A stretch of 64,000 nt of DNA from Archangium sp. Lineage in GTDB: Bacteria > Myxococcota > Myxococcia > Myxococcales > Myxococcaceae. The notes under the pieces were generated by a model. It saw only the letters and a list, made by a program, of their open reading frames with translations. It made no database searches and had not been told where the DNA came from. The position numbers were made by a program, and so were the translations under genes. Each line of letters opens with the position of its first letter. Positions within the stretch are counted from its first letter, which is position 1. Of the stretch, positions 46,779 to 56,803 are shown piece by piece. The stretch spans positions 64,001 through 128,000 of the forward strand of contig NZ_JANODR010000017.1 in NCBI RefSeq assembly GCF_031412795.1, in the 5' to 3' direction.

Positions 46779-48125
46779 ATGTCCATCATCCACGACAGTC
46801 AGGACGCCATCGTCATCCAGGACGTGGTGAAGAGCTTCCGGAAGAAGACCATCCGGGGCGAGTACACGACGTTCAAATCGGAGCTGGTGCGCTGGCTGCG
46901 GGGTCAGCGTCAGCCCAAGCAGAAGCAGTTCATCGAGGCCCTGCGCGGCATCAACCTGCGCATCCCCAAGGGCAAGACGATGGCCATCCTCGGGCGCAAC
47001 GGCTCGGGGAAGAGCACCCTGCTCAAGCTCATCACCGGCATCTACTCGCCCACCACGGGGAAGATCGACGTCCACGGACGCATCTCCGCGCTGTTGGACC
47101 TGGGCGCCGGCTTCCACCCGGACTTCTCCGGCCGGGAGAACATCCTCATCAACGGCATCATCCTCGGCATGTCGCGCACCGAGGTGAAGGCGAAGATGGA
47201 CGACATCATCGCCTTCAGCGAGCTGGGGGAGTTCATCGACGAGCCGGTGCGCACCTACTCCAGCGGCATGTACATGCGGCTGGCCTTCTCGGTGGCCACG
47301 CACGTCGACCCGGACATCCTCATCATCGATGAGATCCTCGCCGTGGGCGACGAGCACTTCAGCAAGAAGAGCCTGGCGAAGATGCTGGAGTTCAAGCGCC
47401 AGGGGAAGACGATCGTCCTGGTGACGCACGACCTGGGCACCGTCGAGCGGTGGTGCGACATGGCGGCGTGGATCGACGGTGGGCGCATCCGCCGCGTGGG
47501 CACGCCCGCGGAGATCGCCCAGGAGTACCGCCAGGCCGTCGCCATCGCCGAGGCCAACTCCACCATCTTCACCCCGCCCGCGCTGGCCGAGGGAGACGCG
47601 GGACGTCTGCCCGAGGTGCCCGCGGCGGTGCAGGCCCCCGCGGTGCCCGCTCCGCCCGCCGCCCCCGAGCCGGTGGTGCTCTCCAGCGTCCAGCTCGTCG
47701 ACGGGACGGGCGCCGAGCCGCGCAGCCTCTCTCCGGAGCAGGCGGTGGAGGTCCGCATCGACTACACGGCGCGCGAGGGCACCGAGGGCGCGGAGCTGGA
47801 GCTGTCCATCGAGGCGGCCGACGGCAGGCCCCTCTACGTGACGAGCACCCGGACCGACGCGGTGGCCCTGCCAGCGCGGCTGCCCGAGCAGGGGCGGGTG
47901 CGCTTCCTCATCGAGCGGCTGGGACTGCTCGGCGGGGAGTACGTGCTGTCCGTCCAGGCCCGGGTCCCGGGTGCGTCGTTCACGGGCCCCAAGGCCCAGT
48001 GCCGTTTCGCGGTGGTCTCCGAGCGCGAGGACCACGGCCTCTTCCGTCCGGCGCACAAGTGGGTGGTAGAGGAAGCCCCCGCGGAGCAGCGCCTGCCGGA
48101 GCTCGCGCGCGTCTCGGCCTCCTGA
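46779..48125 (+). CDS. wzt: O-antigen/polysaccharide ABC exporter ATP-binding protein with C-terminal carbohydrate-binding (Wzt_C-like) extension
   Basis: GRNGSGKST, SSGMYMRLAF, ILIIDEILAVGD. ~200-aa C-terminal beta-rich extension. The ATG abuts the wzm stop. Confidence 0.85.
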   Translation: MSIIHDSQDAIVIQDVVKSFRKKTIRGEYTTFKSELVRWLRGQRQPKQKQFIEALRGINLRIPKGKTMAILGRNGSGKSTLLKLITGIYSPTTGKIDVHGRISALLDLGAGFHPDFSGRENILINGIILGMSRTEVKAKMDDIIAFSELGEFIDEPVRTYSSGMYMRLAFSVATHVDPDILIIDEILAVGDEHFSKKSLAKMLEFKRQGKTIVLVTHDLGTVERWCDMAAWIDGGRIRRVGTPAEIAQEYRQAVAIAEANSTIFTPPALAEGDAGRLPEVPAAVQAPAVPAPPAAPEPVVLSSVQLVDGTGAEPRSLSPEQAVEVRIDYTAREGTEGAELELSIEAADGRPLYVTSTRTDAVALPARLPEQGRVRFLIERLGLLGGEYVLSVQARVPGASFTGPKAQCRFAVVSEREDHGLFRPAHKWVVEEAPAEQRLPELARVSAS

Positions 48126-48184
48126 GCGGACGCGGCCTCCGGGCCGCTCCGGCCGGAGGCCCCCTGCCCAGAAGGTCGTTCCCC

Positions 48185-51100
48185 GTGAGCACCGTACTGC
48201 ACCAGCTTCTCGACGACTCCCGCGATCCCTCGGCCGCGCCGGACGCGGCGGCACTCGCGGAGATGATCGCCGCCCAGCGCACCCTGCTGGAGGAGCGCCG
48301 GCCCTGTCTGCCGGAGGACTGCGCGGAGCTCTCCGCGCTCGAGCGCACCCTGCGCCTGCTCACCGAGCAGCTCCAGCGCGCGCTGCCCCCGGGCAGCAGC
48401 CCCCTGTCCTCGCTCCAGATGGCGGCCCAGCTCGTCATCCCCTACGAGTTCTCCGTTCCGCCCTCGCACCGCTCCAAGGGCGGGCAGGTGGTGACGGCCA
48501 CCAAGCGCGCCTTCGTGGAGGGTCTCAAGCCCTTCCACATCGAGGCCCTGCGGCCCCAGGAGGGCTTCAACCGCAGCCTCGTGCGCGTGCTGGAGTTCCT
48601 CTCCGTCCACCGGAGCCTCGGGCTGCGCGAGGACCTGGAGACGTGGATCCGCGGGCAGTTGGAGAAGGGCGTATCGCCCACGCGCTGGCAGCAGGCGCGC
48701 TCGCACCGCACGGGCTCGCTCGCCTCCCTCGTGGGCCTGGCCAAGAAGTCCTACCTCACCGTGCTCGGGCCGGTGCTGGAGTCCGTGCTGAGCGGGCAGG
48801 CCGAGTGGAACGCCGCCATGCTCGACGTCCTCCTGGCGGCGGCCCGGCCCGGCGCCCTCACCGAGGCCGAGGCCACGCGCCGGGTGGCCCGGCTCGATGC
48901 GCTGAGCGATCCCCTGCGCCGCGACAGCCTCCCGTTGGCCGTGCGTGCCACCTCGCCCCTGTGGCGCGAGGTGCTGCGGCGTCAGGCCCGCTTCAACAGC
49001 GAGGCCGTCATCGCCCTGGCCAACACGCTCGGCGTCCGCACGCCGCCGCCCCAGCCGCCCTCGCTCGCCGACTTCGAGGTGTGGTGCGAGCGCCGGGAGC
49101 CGGCGCAGGTGGACGCGGCCCGGACGGCCGTGGCCGCGCTGGCGCACCCTCCGCTCGTCTCGTTGGTGGTGACGGTGCGCGACACCCCCGAGGCCTTCCT
49201 GCGTGAGTGCCTCGCGTCGGTGGAGGCCCAGGTGTACCCGCAGTGGGAGCTGGTGCTGGTGAATGACGCGAGCTCCGCGTCCCACGTCGCCCGGCTGCTG
49301 TCGGAGGCCGAGCACCGCACGCCGCGCATCCGCGTCCTCTCGCTGCGCACCCGTCAGGGCACCGCCCGGGCCACGAGCGCCGGCATCGAGGCCGCGCGCG
49401 GGGACTTCATCGGCTTCCTCTCGCCCGAGGACACGCTCGCCCCGCACGCGCTGGCCGAGGTGGTGCTGGCGCTCTCGACGGACAAGGAGCAGGGGCAGGA
49501 GCAGGGGCCCGACATCGTCTACGCCGACGAGGATCGGCTGGACGCCCAGGGGCACCGGAGCGCGCCCTTCTTCAAGCCGGACTGGTCGCCGGACCTGCTG
49601 CGCTCGGTGGACTACTTCGGGCCCTTCGTGGTGGTGCGCCGCGCCACGCTGCTGAAGGCCGGTGGGCCGCGCGAGGGCTACGAGGGCGCCGAGGGCTACG
49701 AGCTGCACCTGCGCCTGACGGAGGCGAGCGAGCGGATTGGCCACGTGCCCCGGCTGCTGTGCCACCGTCGGAGTGGGTCGGAGTCCGTCACGCCCGAGAC
49801 CACGATGCGCGCGGGGGGCCGTGCGCTCTCCGAGCACCTCAAGCGCCGGGGGGTGGAGGCCGAGGTGAGCAGCCCCACGCCGGGCAGCTACCGCGTGCGC
49901 TACGCCGTGCGAGGCCAGCCCAAGGTCTCCATCATCGTCCCGTTCAAGGACCGGCCGGACCTGCTCGACACGCTGGTGACGAGCATGCTCGCGCGCACCA
50001 CGTACCCGAACTACGAGGTGCTGCTCGTCTCCAACAACAGCACGAAGCCGGAGACGTTCGCGCTGCTGGAGCGGCTGACGGATCCCCGGCTGGTGAAGCT
50101 GACGTGGGACTTCCCCTTCAACTACCCGGCCATCAACAACTGGGCGGCGAAGCAGGCCACGGGCGAGCTGTTCCTCTTCCTCAACAACGACATGGAAGTG
50201 GTGGAGCCCGGCTGGCTCGACGAGCTGGTGGCGCAGGCGCAGCGGCCCGAGGTGGGCGCGGTGGGTGCCAAGCTGCTCTTCCCCGAGGGCACGGTGCAGC
50301 ACGCCGGCGTCGTGGTGGGCATCACCGGCTTCGCCGGGCACCCCTTCTGGCGTCTGCCCGAGGGCCCCATCTCCACGCCCTTCGGCCACGCCGAGTGGAC
50401 GCGCAACTGGCTGTCCGTCACCAGCGCGTGCGTGATGGTGCGCCGCCAGGTGTGGGAGTCCCTCAAGGGCTTCGACGAGCGCTTCCAGGTGTGCGGCAGC
50501 GACGTGGAGCTGGGCCTGCGGCTCAACGAGCAGGGCCTGCGCGTGGTGTGCACGCCCTTCGCGAAGCTCATCCACCACGAGTCGGCCAGCCGCCGCTCGG
50601 ACGCCATTCCCGAGGCGGATTACTGGCTCTCCTACGCGGCCTACCGCCCGTGGCTCAAGCGGGGAGACCCCTTCTACAACCCGAACCTCTCGCTGCTGTC
50701 CGTCGACTGCGACCTGCGCCGCCACGAGGAGGACGGTGAGGCGCTCGCGGTGCGCACGCTGGGCCGGGACGTGCCGAGCGCGCGCGACGTGCGGGTGGAG
50801 AAGCTCGCCCGCGAGCAGCGCCACCTCATGGAGCACCTGGGCGAGCTGGACTTCTCCGAGGCCCAGCGCCAGGAGAACCTGCGCCGGTTGCCCGAGGCCC
50901 TCACCGCGCTCCGGGCCCGGGGCCGCGTGGAGACGGCCACCTGGTTCATCCCCGCCTTCGGCCACATCTTCGGCGGCATCCAGACGATCCTCCGGTTCGC
51001 CGACCACATGCGCCGCCGCTACGGGGTGCGCAGCACCTTCATCATCTACGACAAGCCGGATACGCGAGCGGCGGACTTCGCGGCCCGGGCCCTGGTGGCC

Positions 51101-51991
51101 TTCCCCGAGGGCGTGGGGGAGTTCCGGGTGATGCGCGGCCGGGACGAGCTGGCGCAACTGCCCCCGTGTGACCTGGCCATCGCCACCTACTGGACGTCCT
51201 GCTTCCCGGTGCTGCACCACCCTCGGGCGGCGGTGCGCGCCTACTTCGTCCAGGACTACGAGCCCCAGTTCCTCGCGGCCGGCACGCAGTCCTCCCTGGC
51301 CGAGCAGACGTATGGCCTGGGCCTCTACGGCATCTTCAACACCGAGGGCCTGTACGACTACGTCGTGCGCCAGTACGGCATGCAGGGCGTCGCCTTCGAG
51401 CCGGCGGTGGACGGCAAGCTCTTCCACGACAAGCGGCCCGCTCGGAAGGGGCCCGTGCGCGTCTTCTTCTACGGGCGGCCGGGCAACGAGCGGAACGGCT
51501 TCGAGCTGGGACTGGCCGCGCTGGCGGCGCTCAAGCGCGAGCTGGGCTCCGCGGTGGAGATCCTCTCCGCCGGTGCCGAGTGGAACCCCGAGTCCTATGG
51601 GGTGCGCGGGCTGGTGACGAACCTCGGCGTGTTGCCGGCCGAGCGCACCGCGAGCCTCTACCGCGAGTGCGACGTGGGGCTGTGCTTCATGTTCACCAAG
51701 CACCCCTCGTACCTGCCGCTGGAGATGATGGCGAGCGGGGTGACGGTCATCACCAACGACAACTCCGTCAACCACTGGCTGCTCAAGCACGAGGAGAACT
51801 GCCTGCTGGCGGCCCCCACGCTCACGTGCGTGTTGGATCAGCTGCGCCGGGCCGTGCGCGAGCCGGAGCTGCGCGCGAGCATCTCCTCCCGGGCCTCGGC
51901 GCGCATGCGCCAGGGCTCCTGGGAGGCGGCCGTGGATGGTGTGATGGAGGCGCTGCTGGGCCGCGCCGCGGCGGGAAAGCTCGCCGGCTGA
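48185..51991 (+). CDS. Giant multi-module glycosyltransferase (N-terminal unknown domain + two GT2 modules + C-terminal GT4/WsaF-like module), WbgA-like
   Basis: GTG start. Two GT2 cores (LVSLVVTVRD...VLVNDASS and VSIIVPFKD...YEVLLVSNNSTK, each with DxD-like NDMEVV/EDTLAP). C-terminal domain begins TWFIPAFGHIFGGIQT. The track ORF from 47450 is an in-frame read-through over wzt and is rejected. Confidence 0.75.
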   Translation: MSTVLHQLLDDSRDPSAAPDAAALAEMIAAQRTLLEERRPCLPEDCAELSALERTLRLLTEQLQRALPPGSSPLSSLQMAAQLVIPYEFSVPPSHRSKGGQVVTATKRAFVEGLKPFHIEALRPQEGFNRSLVRVLEFLSVHRSLGLREDLETWIRGQLEKGVSPTRWQQARSHRTGSLASLVGLAKKSYLTVLGPVLESVLSGQAEWNAAMLDVLLAAARPGALTEAEATRRVARLDALSDPLRRDSLPLAVRATSPLWREVLRRQARFNSEAVIALANTLGVRTPPPQPPSLADFEVWCERREPAQVDAARTAVAALAHPPLVSLVVTVRDTPEAFLRECLASVEAQVYPQWELVLVNDASSASHVARLLSEAEHRTPRIRVLSLRTRQGTARATSAGIEAARGDFIGFLSPEDTLAPHALAEVVLALSTDKEQGQEQGPDIVYADEDRLDAQGHRSAPFFKPDWSPDLLRSVDYFGPFVVVRRATLLKAGGPREGYEGAEGYELHLRLTEASERIGHVPRLLCHRRSGSESVTPETTMRAGGRALSEHLKRRGVEAEVSSPTPGSYRVRYAVRGQPKVSIIVPFKDRPDLLDTLVTSMLARTTYPNYEVLLVSNNSTKPETFALLERLTDPRLVKLTWDFPFNYPAINNWAAKQATGELFLFLNNDMEVVEPGWLDELVAQAQRPEVGAVGAKLLFPEGTVQHAGVVVGITGFAGHPFWRLPEGPISTPFGHAEWTRNWLSVTSACVMVRRQVWESLKGFDERFQVCGSDVELGLRLNEQGLRVVCTPFAKLIHHESASRRSDAIPEADYWLSYAAYRPWLKRGDPFYNPNLSLLSVDCDLRRHEEDGEALAVRTLGRDVPSARDVRVEKLAREQRHLMEHLGELDFSEAQRQENLRRLPEALTALRARGRVETATWFIPAFGHIFGGIQTILRFADHMRRRYGVRSTFIIYDKPDTRAADFAARALVAFPEGVGEFRVMRGRDELAQLPPCDLAIATYWTSCFPVLHHPRAAVRAYFVQDYEPQFLAAGTQSSLAEQTYGLGLYGIFNTEGLYDYVVRQYGMQGVAFEPAVDGKLFHDKRPARKGPVRVFFYGRPGNERNGFELGLAALAALKRELGSAVEILSAGAEWNPESYGVRGLVTNLGVLPAERTASLYRECDVGLCFMFTKHPSYLPLEMMASGVTVITNDNSVNHWLLKHEENCLLAAPTLTCVLDQLRRAVREPELRASISSRASARMRQGSWEAAVDGVMEALLGRAAAGKLAG

Positions 51992-52002
51992 GCCGGCCGG
52001 GT

Positions 52003-52036
52003 GCGAGCGAAGCCCCCGTGCCTGGGCTCCGCTCGC
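52003..52036. terminator. GC-rich hairpin between convergent glycosyltransferase genes
   Basis: GCGAGCGAAGCCC-ccgtgcct-GGGCTCCGCTCGC (13-bp stem, one mismatch). Confidence 0.3.
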
Positions 52037-52046
52037 GATGCTCGGG

Positions 52047-54301
52047 TCAGGGCAGCCGGTTGAGGCGCTTCGACCCGCCCAGCTTCGTCAGGATGTTCTC
52101 GGTCAACGTGGCGCTCGCGCTGCGCGAGGCCCCGTTCTCCGGGCCCGAGGTGACGGCCGCCTCGGCGGTGCGGCGCAGGGCGGAGTGGATGAAGCCGAAG
52201 CGCTTCACCGTGTTGTTGGCGAAGTCGACCAGCTGGTAGCGCAGCGGCTTGTCGCCCAGGCCACCATGGGCCCCCGCCGAGGCATGCCTGATCATCTCCT
52301 GCATCCGCTCCGTCTCCGCCAGCTGGAGCCTCATCGCCCGGTTCGGATCCTGGGGCAGCTTGGGGTGCTTCTGGAGGAGGTAGGCGTGCAGCGGATGGCG
52401 CGACCGGGTCGCCACGGTGCGCGTCAGCGAGTCCGGACGCACGCGGTAGTGGAAGAGGAACTCGGGGATGACCGTCCCCTCGTAGCCACGCTCCGCCAGG
52501 CTGCAGAAGACGTCCCAGTCCTCGAAGGACGACAACCACTCGTCATAACCACCCACGTCCTCGACGAGCTTTCGCTCCATCAGGGCCGTGCAGGTGGAGG
52601 CGACGTTCTCGATCCACAGGGCATCCCGCTCCACACCCCAGGGAGCCCAGCCTCCGATCGGCGTCTCCGGGTCGTCGGTGAAGTAGGACACCAGGGACGT
52701 CGCGAAGGCGAGCTTCGAGTCACGGCTCATGACGTCCACCATCTTCTCGAGGAAGGTGGGCGCCAGCAGATCATCCGGATCCACGGGGAGGATCCACCGT
52801 CCGCGCGCCTTGCGCAGTCCGGCATTCCGGGCGGAGCTCAACCCCCCGTTGGGCTTGCGGATGATGTGGAGCTTGGGACCGTCGAGCACGTCCAGCAGCG
52901 CCTTGCTGGCGGAGTCCGTCGAGCCATCGTCGATGAGGATGATCTCGTAGTCCTCGAAGGTCTGCTGCTTCAGGGAGACGAGCGTCTCCGGCAGATAGCG
53001 CCCCATGTTGTAGTAGGGGACGAGGATGGAGACGGCCGGCGAGGCGCCCTGCGCCTTCTTGCTCCGAGGAGCGGCCTTCGCTTCACGCCGCGTCGCGGGA
53101 GCCAGGCGCTGCACCACCTTCTCCGTGCGCTCGACATACGTGGAGGGGCTGCAATAGGTGGCGATGCGCTGGGGAGCCGCCGCGCGCAGCGTCTGGCGCA
53201 GGGGCTCGTCCGTGAGCGCCCGCTCGAGCGCGGAGACGAGGCTGTCCACCTGCCCGGCGCGGAAGAGCAGTCCGTTCTTCCCGTCCTCGATGATCTCCCC
53301 CATGCCTCCCGCGTCGCTGCCGACGACCAGGGCACCGGCGGCCATGGCCTCCAGACACACGTTGGGGAAGTTCTCCCAGATGGAGGGGAAGCAGCACACC
53401 GCGGCCGAGTGGATGGCCTGGGCCAGCTCGACGCGAGGCCGGGACTTCTCGAAGACGAAGCGGGAGCGCCACTCACTGGGAATGCGCCGCTGGAGCCAGG
53501 TGAGCATCGACTGGCCGAAGGGGCCCGTGGGCGTGTCCCCGCCAATGAAGCGGAACCCCACGTTCTGCCCCCGCTTCAGCAGCTCCAGGCCCGCGTCGAT
53601 GAGCACATGGAGGCCCTTGCGGTACTCGAGCCGGCCGAAATAGAGCACCTGCGCCGGCTTCGTCTGCGCGGGCTCGGGCGCGACGGGGGCGCCGCCGAAC
53701 TCGCTCGCCTCGAAGGGGTGGGGGAGGACCTCGGCGGGTTGAGGCAGCTCCAGCCGCCGCTTCACCATGTCGAGCAGCGAGTGCGTCGGGGACAGGATCA
53801 GATCCGCCTCGCGCATCGCCGAGCTCTCCTGATGCTCCAGGGACGCGGCGTTGAGGTCGAGCGCCAGGATGCGGTTGAGCTGCTGGCACTCGTAGGTCGG
53901 CGTGTGCAGTCGCACGGCAAGCACGGCCGACTGGTAGTGGCCGAGGGTGCGCTTGGCCCGGATGGCGAAGCTTCCCTCGCCCCAGTAGTCGGGAAACTCG
54001 ATGAAGTCGAAGGGGTGCTTCGCGTGCAGCCGCAGGAGCGCCTCATGGACGCCCATGGCGTAGCGCATCATGTCGTTGCGGTAGGCCGCCGACAGGGCCG
54101 CCGTTCCGCGCTCCCGGTCGACGACATGGACCTGCACGTTGGCCTGCGGCAGGTGTCCATCCACCAGACCCGGATGGGGCGCCGTGAGGATGTGGACCTC
54201 GTGGCCCGCGGCGGCGAACGCCCGGCTGGCCAATAGGATGTAAGTACCGATTCCGCCCCCAAAAAAAGGGGCGAGTTCCCTGGACACTAGACAGATACGC
54301 A
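52047..54301 (-). CDS. Bifunctional glycosyltransferase: N-terminal GT4 (group 1) + C-terminal GT2 module, WbgB-like
   Basis: GT4 N-terminus LAPFFGGGIGTY and EAMAAGALVVGSDAGGMGEII. GT2 module SILVPYYNMGRYL...IILIDDGSTD...DPDD. Start is either the GTG at 54301 or the ATG at 54392. Confidence 0.7.
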
Positions 54302-54427
54302 CGTCGACCTCGGACTGGGCGCGCGCTGTCGGCCAATAGCGAGCGCGAGCGCGAGGGCACCCTACCAAGAAGATTCCCGCGCTTCCCAGCACTTCTCTCC
54401 CCGGCCGCCAGCCCGCCTGCTTGCTTC

Positions 54428-56722
54428 ATGCAAGCGAGCCCCATGCGCTATATACGCGAGGCTTTTTGGCCTCCCCCTGTCGCTGGAGCTCCGCACCAGA
54501 TGCTTCGATTGCCTCCCTCCATCCAAGCGCTGCTGTCGCGCGGCTCGGGGCGACACGTTGTCTCCGCTGCCCTGGCGGTCGCGCTGGCGCTCACGGTGGT
54601 CATGCGCTTCGGCCCGGAGTGGCTCCGGGAGGCCTCCGGCAGGTGGTGGGGGGTGGGTGCGCTGGCACTGCTGCTGTCCTGGCCCCTGAACCGGGGACTT
54701 GGAGTGCTGGTGGGCTGGCTCCAGTCCTACTCGCGGTGGGGCCGGGCTGGCTGGCTCCTGGGCTCGCTCGCGGGGGCCGCGCTGCTGATCATCGCCACGC
54801 CGCTCTCCCCGCCGCGCTTCCCCGAGACCTTCCGCCTGGAAGTGACGGCGACGGGCGAGAAGAGCGAGGCCAGCCAGAACACCGAGGTCTGGGTAGCGGG
54901 AATCCACGACGCGACGAGCGGACAGCGGCTCGACCTCGAGCCCAAGCGCGTGTCTGGCCAATGGCAGGAGAAGTACGGAAAGCTGCTCTCGGTGGGGCGC
55001 CCCGTGGCGACCCTTCGCTGGGAGGGCGTGCTGAAGCAGAAGTCGGTGCTGAAGCTCACCCGCCACGCCTGGTCGGGCCAGGCGCGCGTCACCCTCAACG
55101 GAGAGACCCAGACGGTGGAGCTCTTCTCGGCGAGCCAGGAGGACTGGGTCCTCCCGCTCGAGACGGCGTCCACGGCGAACGGGCTCCTGTCGGTGCTCTT
55201 CCGGCTCGCGGAGCTGGTGAGCATCGGGTTGCTGCTGTTGTCGGTGGGGACGGGGCTGGCCTCCTGGTCGGGGCCGGAGCGCGTGGCGGAGCCGAGCCGC
55301 TGGGGCTGGTTGGCTCCCGCGGGCGTGTGCGCGGCGAGCTGGAGCCTCTACCTGCTGTCGTTCTGGCCGGGCTTCATGACGGCCGACTCCATTGATCAAT
55401 GGACGCAGATGACGCGAGGGCCGCTGTCCAACCAGCACCCCGCCTACCACACCCTGACGAACTGGCTGCTGACGCGCGTGTGGGAGTCGCCCGCCGCCGT
55501 GGCGATCACCCAGATCCTGGCGCTGTCCCTGGCCTTCGCCTTCGCCCTGCGGGAGCTGGCGCGCTGGGGCGTGCCGGCATGGCTGCGCGGGGTGTTGACG
55601 GTCCTCGTCGCCCTGACGCCCGTCAACGGCGCCCTGGTGATCACCCTGTGGAAGGACATCGCCTACACCATCTCCATGCTGGTGCTCTTCACCCTGCTGT
55701 TGCAGGTGGCGCGCACCCGCGGAGAGGCGCTCCGCTCGACGCGCTTCCTGGTGGGGATGGGCGTGACGCTCACCTACACCGCGCTCATGCGCCACAACGG
55801 CGTGCTGGTGGTCTTCGCGCTGCTGGGCGGCTTCATCCTCATCAGCCCCAAGGCCCTGCGGCGCCGCGCGGCCGTGCTGGCGCTCGCGGTGGGCAGCACC
55901 TTCGTGCTCATGAGCGGCCCGCTCTACAAGCTGCTCGGGGTGCAGCCGATGAATGGGCTCTTCGCCCACATCTTCCAGATCCACCACGTGGGAGCGATCG
56001 TCCGGGCCTCGCCGGAGTCCCTGACGGCGGCGGATCGCCAGCTGCTCGAGGACATCCAGCCGTGGCAGGTCTGGCGTGACTCCTACTACTGCTATTCCAT
56101 CAACCCGTTGGTCTACAACGGGAAGATCGACGGCAAGTTCTTCGAGACGCCGCGCAAGAAGGAGTTCACCGCGCTGTGGCTGAGGCAGGCGCCCAAGCAC
56201 CTGGGGGTGCTCGCCGAGCACCAGGCGTGTGTGTCCTCGCTGGTGTGGCGGATCCTCCAGCCGACCGACGGCTACCTGTACCTCTTCAACTTCGACATGG
56301 AGCCCAACCGGCTGGGGCTGGTGCAGGAGCCGAAGCTGCCGGCGGTGAGGCAGGAGCTGGTGCGCGTGCTCAACAGCTCCTTCAAGCCGAAGCGGTTGTG
56401 GTGGGTCTGGCGGCCCGCGCCGTACCTGTACCTGACCCTCTTCCTCGCGCTGATCGCCGCGGCGCGGCTGCGCAGCGCCTGGGTGCTGCTCCCCGTCGTC
56501 CCGGTGGCGCTCAACTCGGCGGTGCTGCTTGGCATCAACCTGGCCCAGGACTTCCGCTACCAGTACCCCGTGTATGTGGTGGCGCTCTTGAGCCCGGCCT
56601 TCCTCTTCATGCGGCGAGGCGCCCTGCGGGCCCAGGAGACGGTGACACCGCCCGTGTCCCTCCAGGCGGCGAGCGAGCCTCCAGGCGAGCGGGAGGAGTC
56701 CAGGCACGCCGTTGCCTCCTGA
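54428..56722 (+). CDS. Large polytopic membrane protein, GT-C-like (ArnT/PMT/Gtr-type) candidate periplasmic glycosyltransferase or polymerase
   Basis: 764 aa. N-terminal TM, then a ~200-aa soluble beta-rich segment, then at least 10 predicted TM helices. Function inferred from architecture and neighbourhood only. Start uncertain (54428, 54443 or 54500). Confidence 0.5.
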   Translation: MQASPMRYIREAFWPPPVAGAPHQMLRLPPSIQALLSRGSGRHVVSAALAVALALTVVMRFGPEWLREASGRWWGVGALALLLSWPLNRGLGVLVGWLQSYSRWGRAGWLLGSLAGAALLIIATPLSPPRFPETFRLEVTATGEKSEASQNTEVWVAGIHDATSGQRLDLEPKRVSGQWQEKYGKLLSVGRPVATLRWEGVLKQKSVLKLTRHAWSGQARVTLNGETQTVELFSASQEDWVLPLETASTANGLLSVLFRLAELVSIGLLLLSVGTGLASWSGPERVAEPSRWGWLAPAGVCAASWSLYLLSFWPGFMTADSIDQWTQMTRGPLSNQHPAYHTLTNWLLTRVWESPAAVAITQILALSLAFAFALRELARWGVPAWLRGVLTVLVALTPVNGALVITLWKDIAYTISMLVLFTLLLQVARTRGEALRSTRFLVGMGVTLTYTALMRHNGVLVVFALLGGFILISPKALRRRAAVLALAVGSTFVLMSGPLYKLLGVQPMNGLFAHIFQIHHVGAIVRASPESLTAADRQLLEDIQPWQVWRDSYYCYSINPLVYNGKIDGKFFETPRKKEFTALWLRQAPKHLGVLAEHQACVSSLVWRILQPTDGYLYLFNFDMEPNRLGLVQEPKLPAVRQELVRVLNSSFKPKRLWWVWRPAPYLYLTLFLALIAAARLRSAWVLLPVVPVALNSAVLLGINLAQDFRYQYPVYVVALLSPAFLFMRRGALRAQETVTPPVSLQAASEPPGEREESRHAVAS

Positions 56723-56803
56723 CGAGGGCAGACGAGCAGGCGGGCTGGCTTGACGCACCCTACCGCCTGTGGTCTATGCCGCCTTTCCGACCGGATTGTG
56801 AAG

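Noticed and set aside
47450-51991. 1513-aa ORF starting inside wzt
   Set aside because: An in-frame read-through with no stop across the wzt 3' region. The glycosyltransferase sequence begins only after GTG 48185, downstream of the wzt stop.
54240-54262. Hairpin with A7 run (CGCCCC-caaaaaaa-GGGGCG) resembling a terminator on the minus strand
   Set aside because: It lies inside the GT4 coding region and encodes the conserved FFGGG glycine loop. It is a coding constraint, not a terminator.
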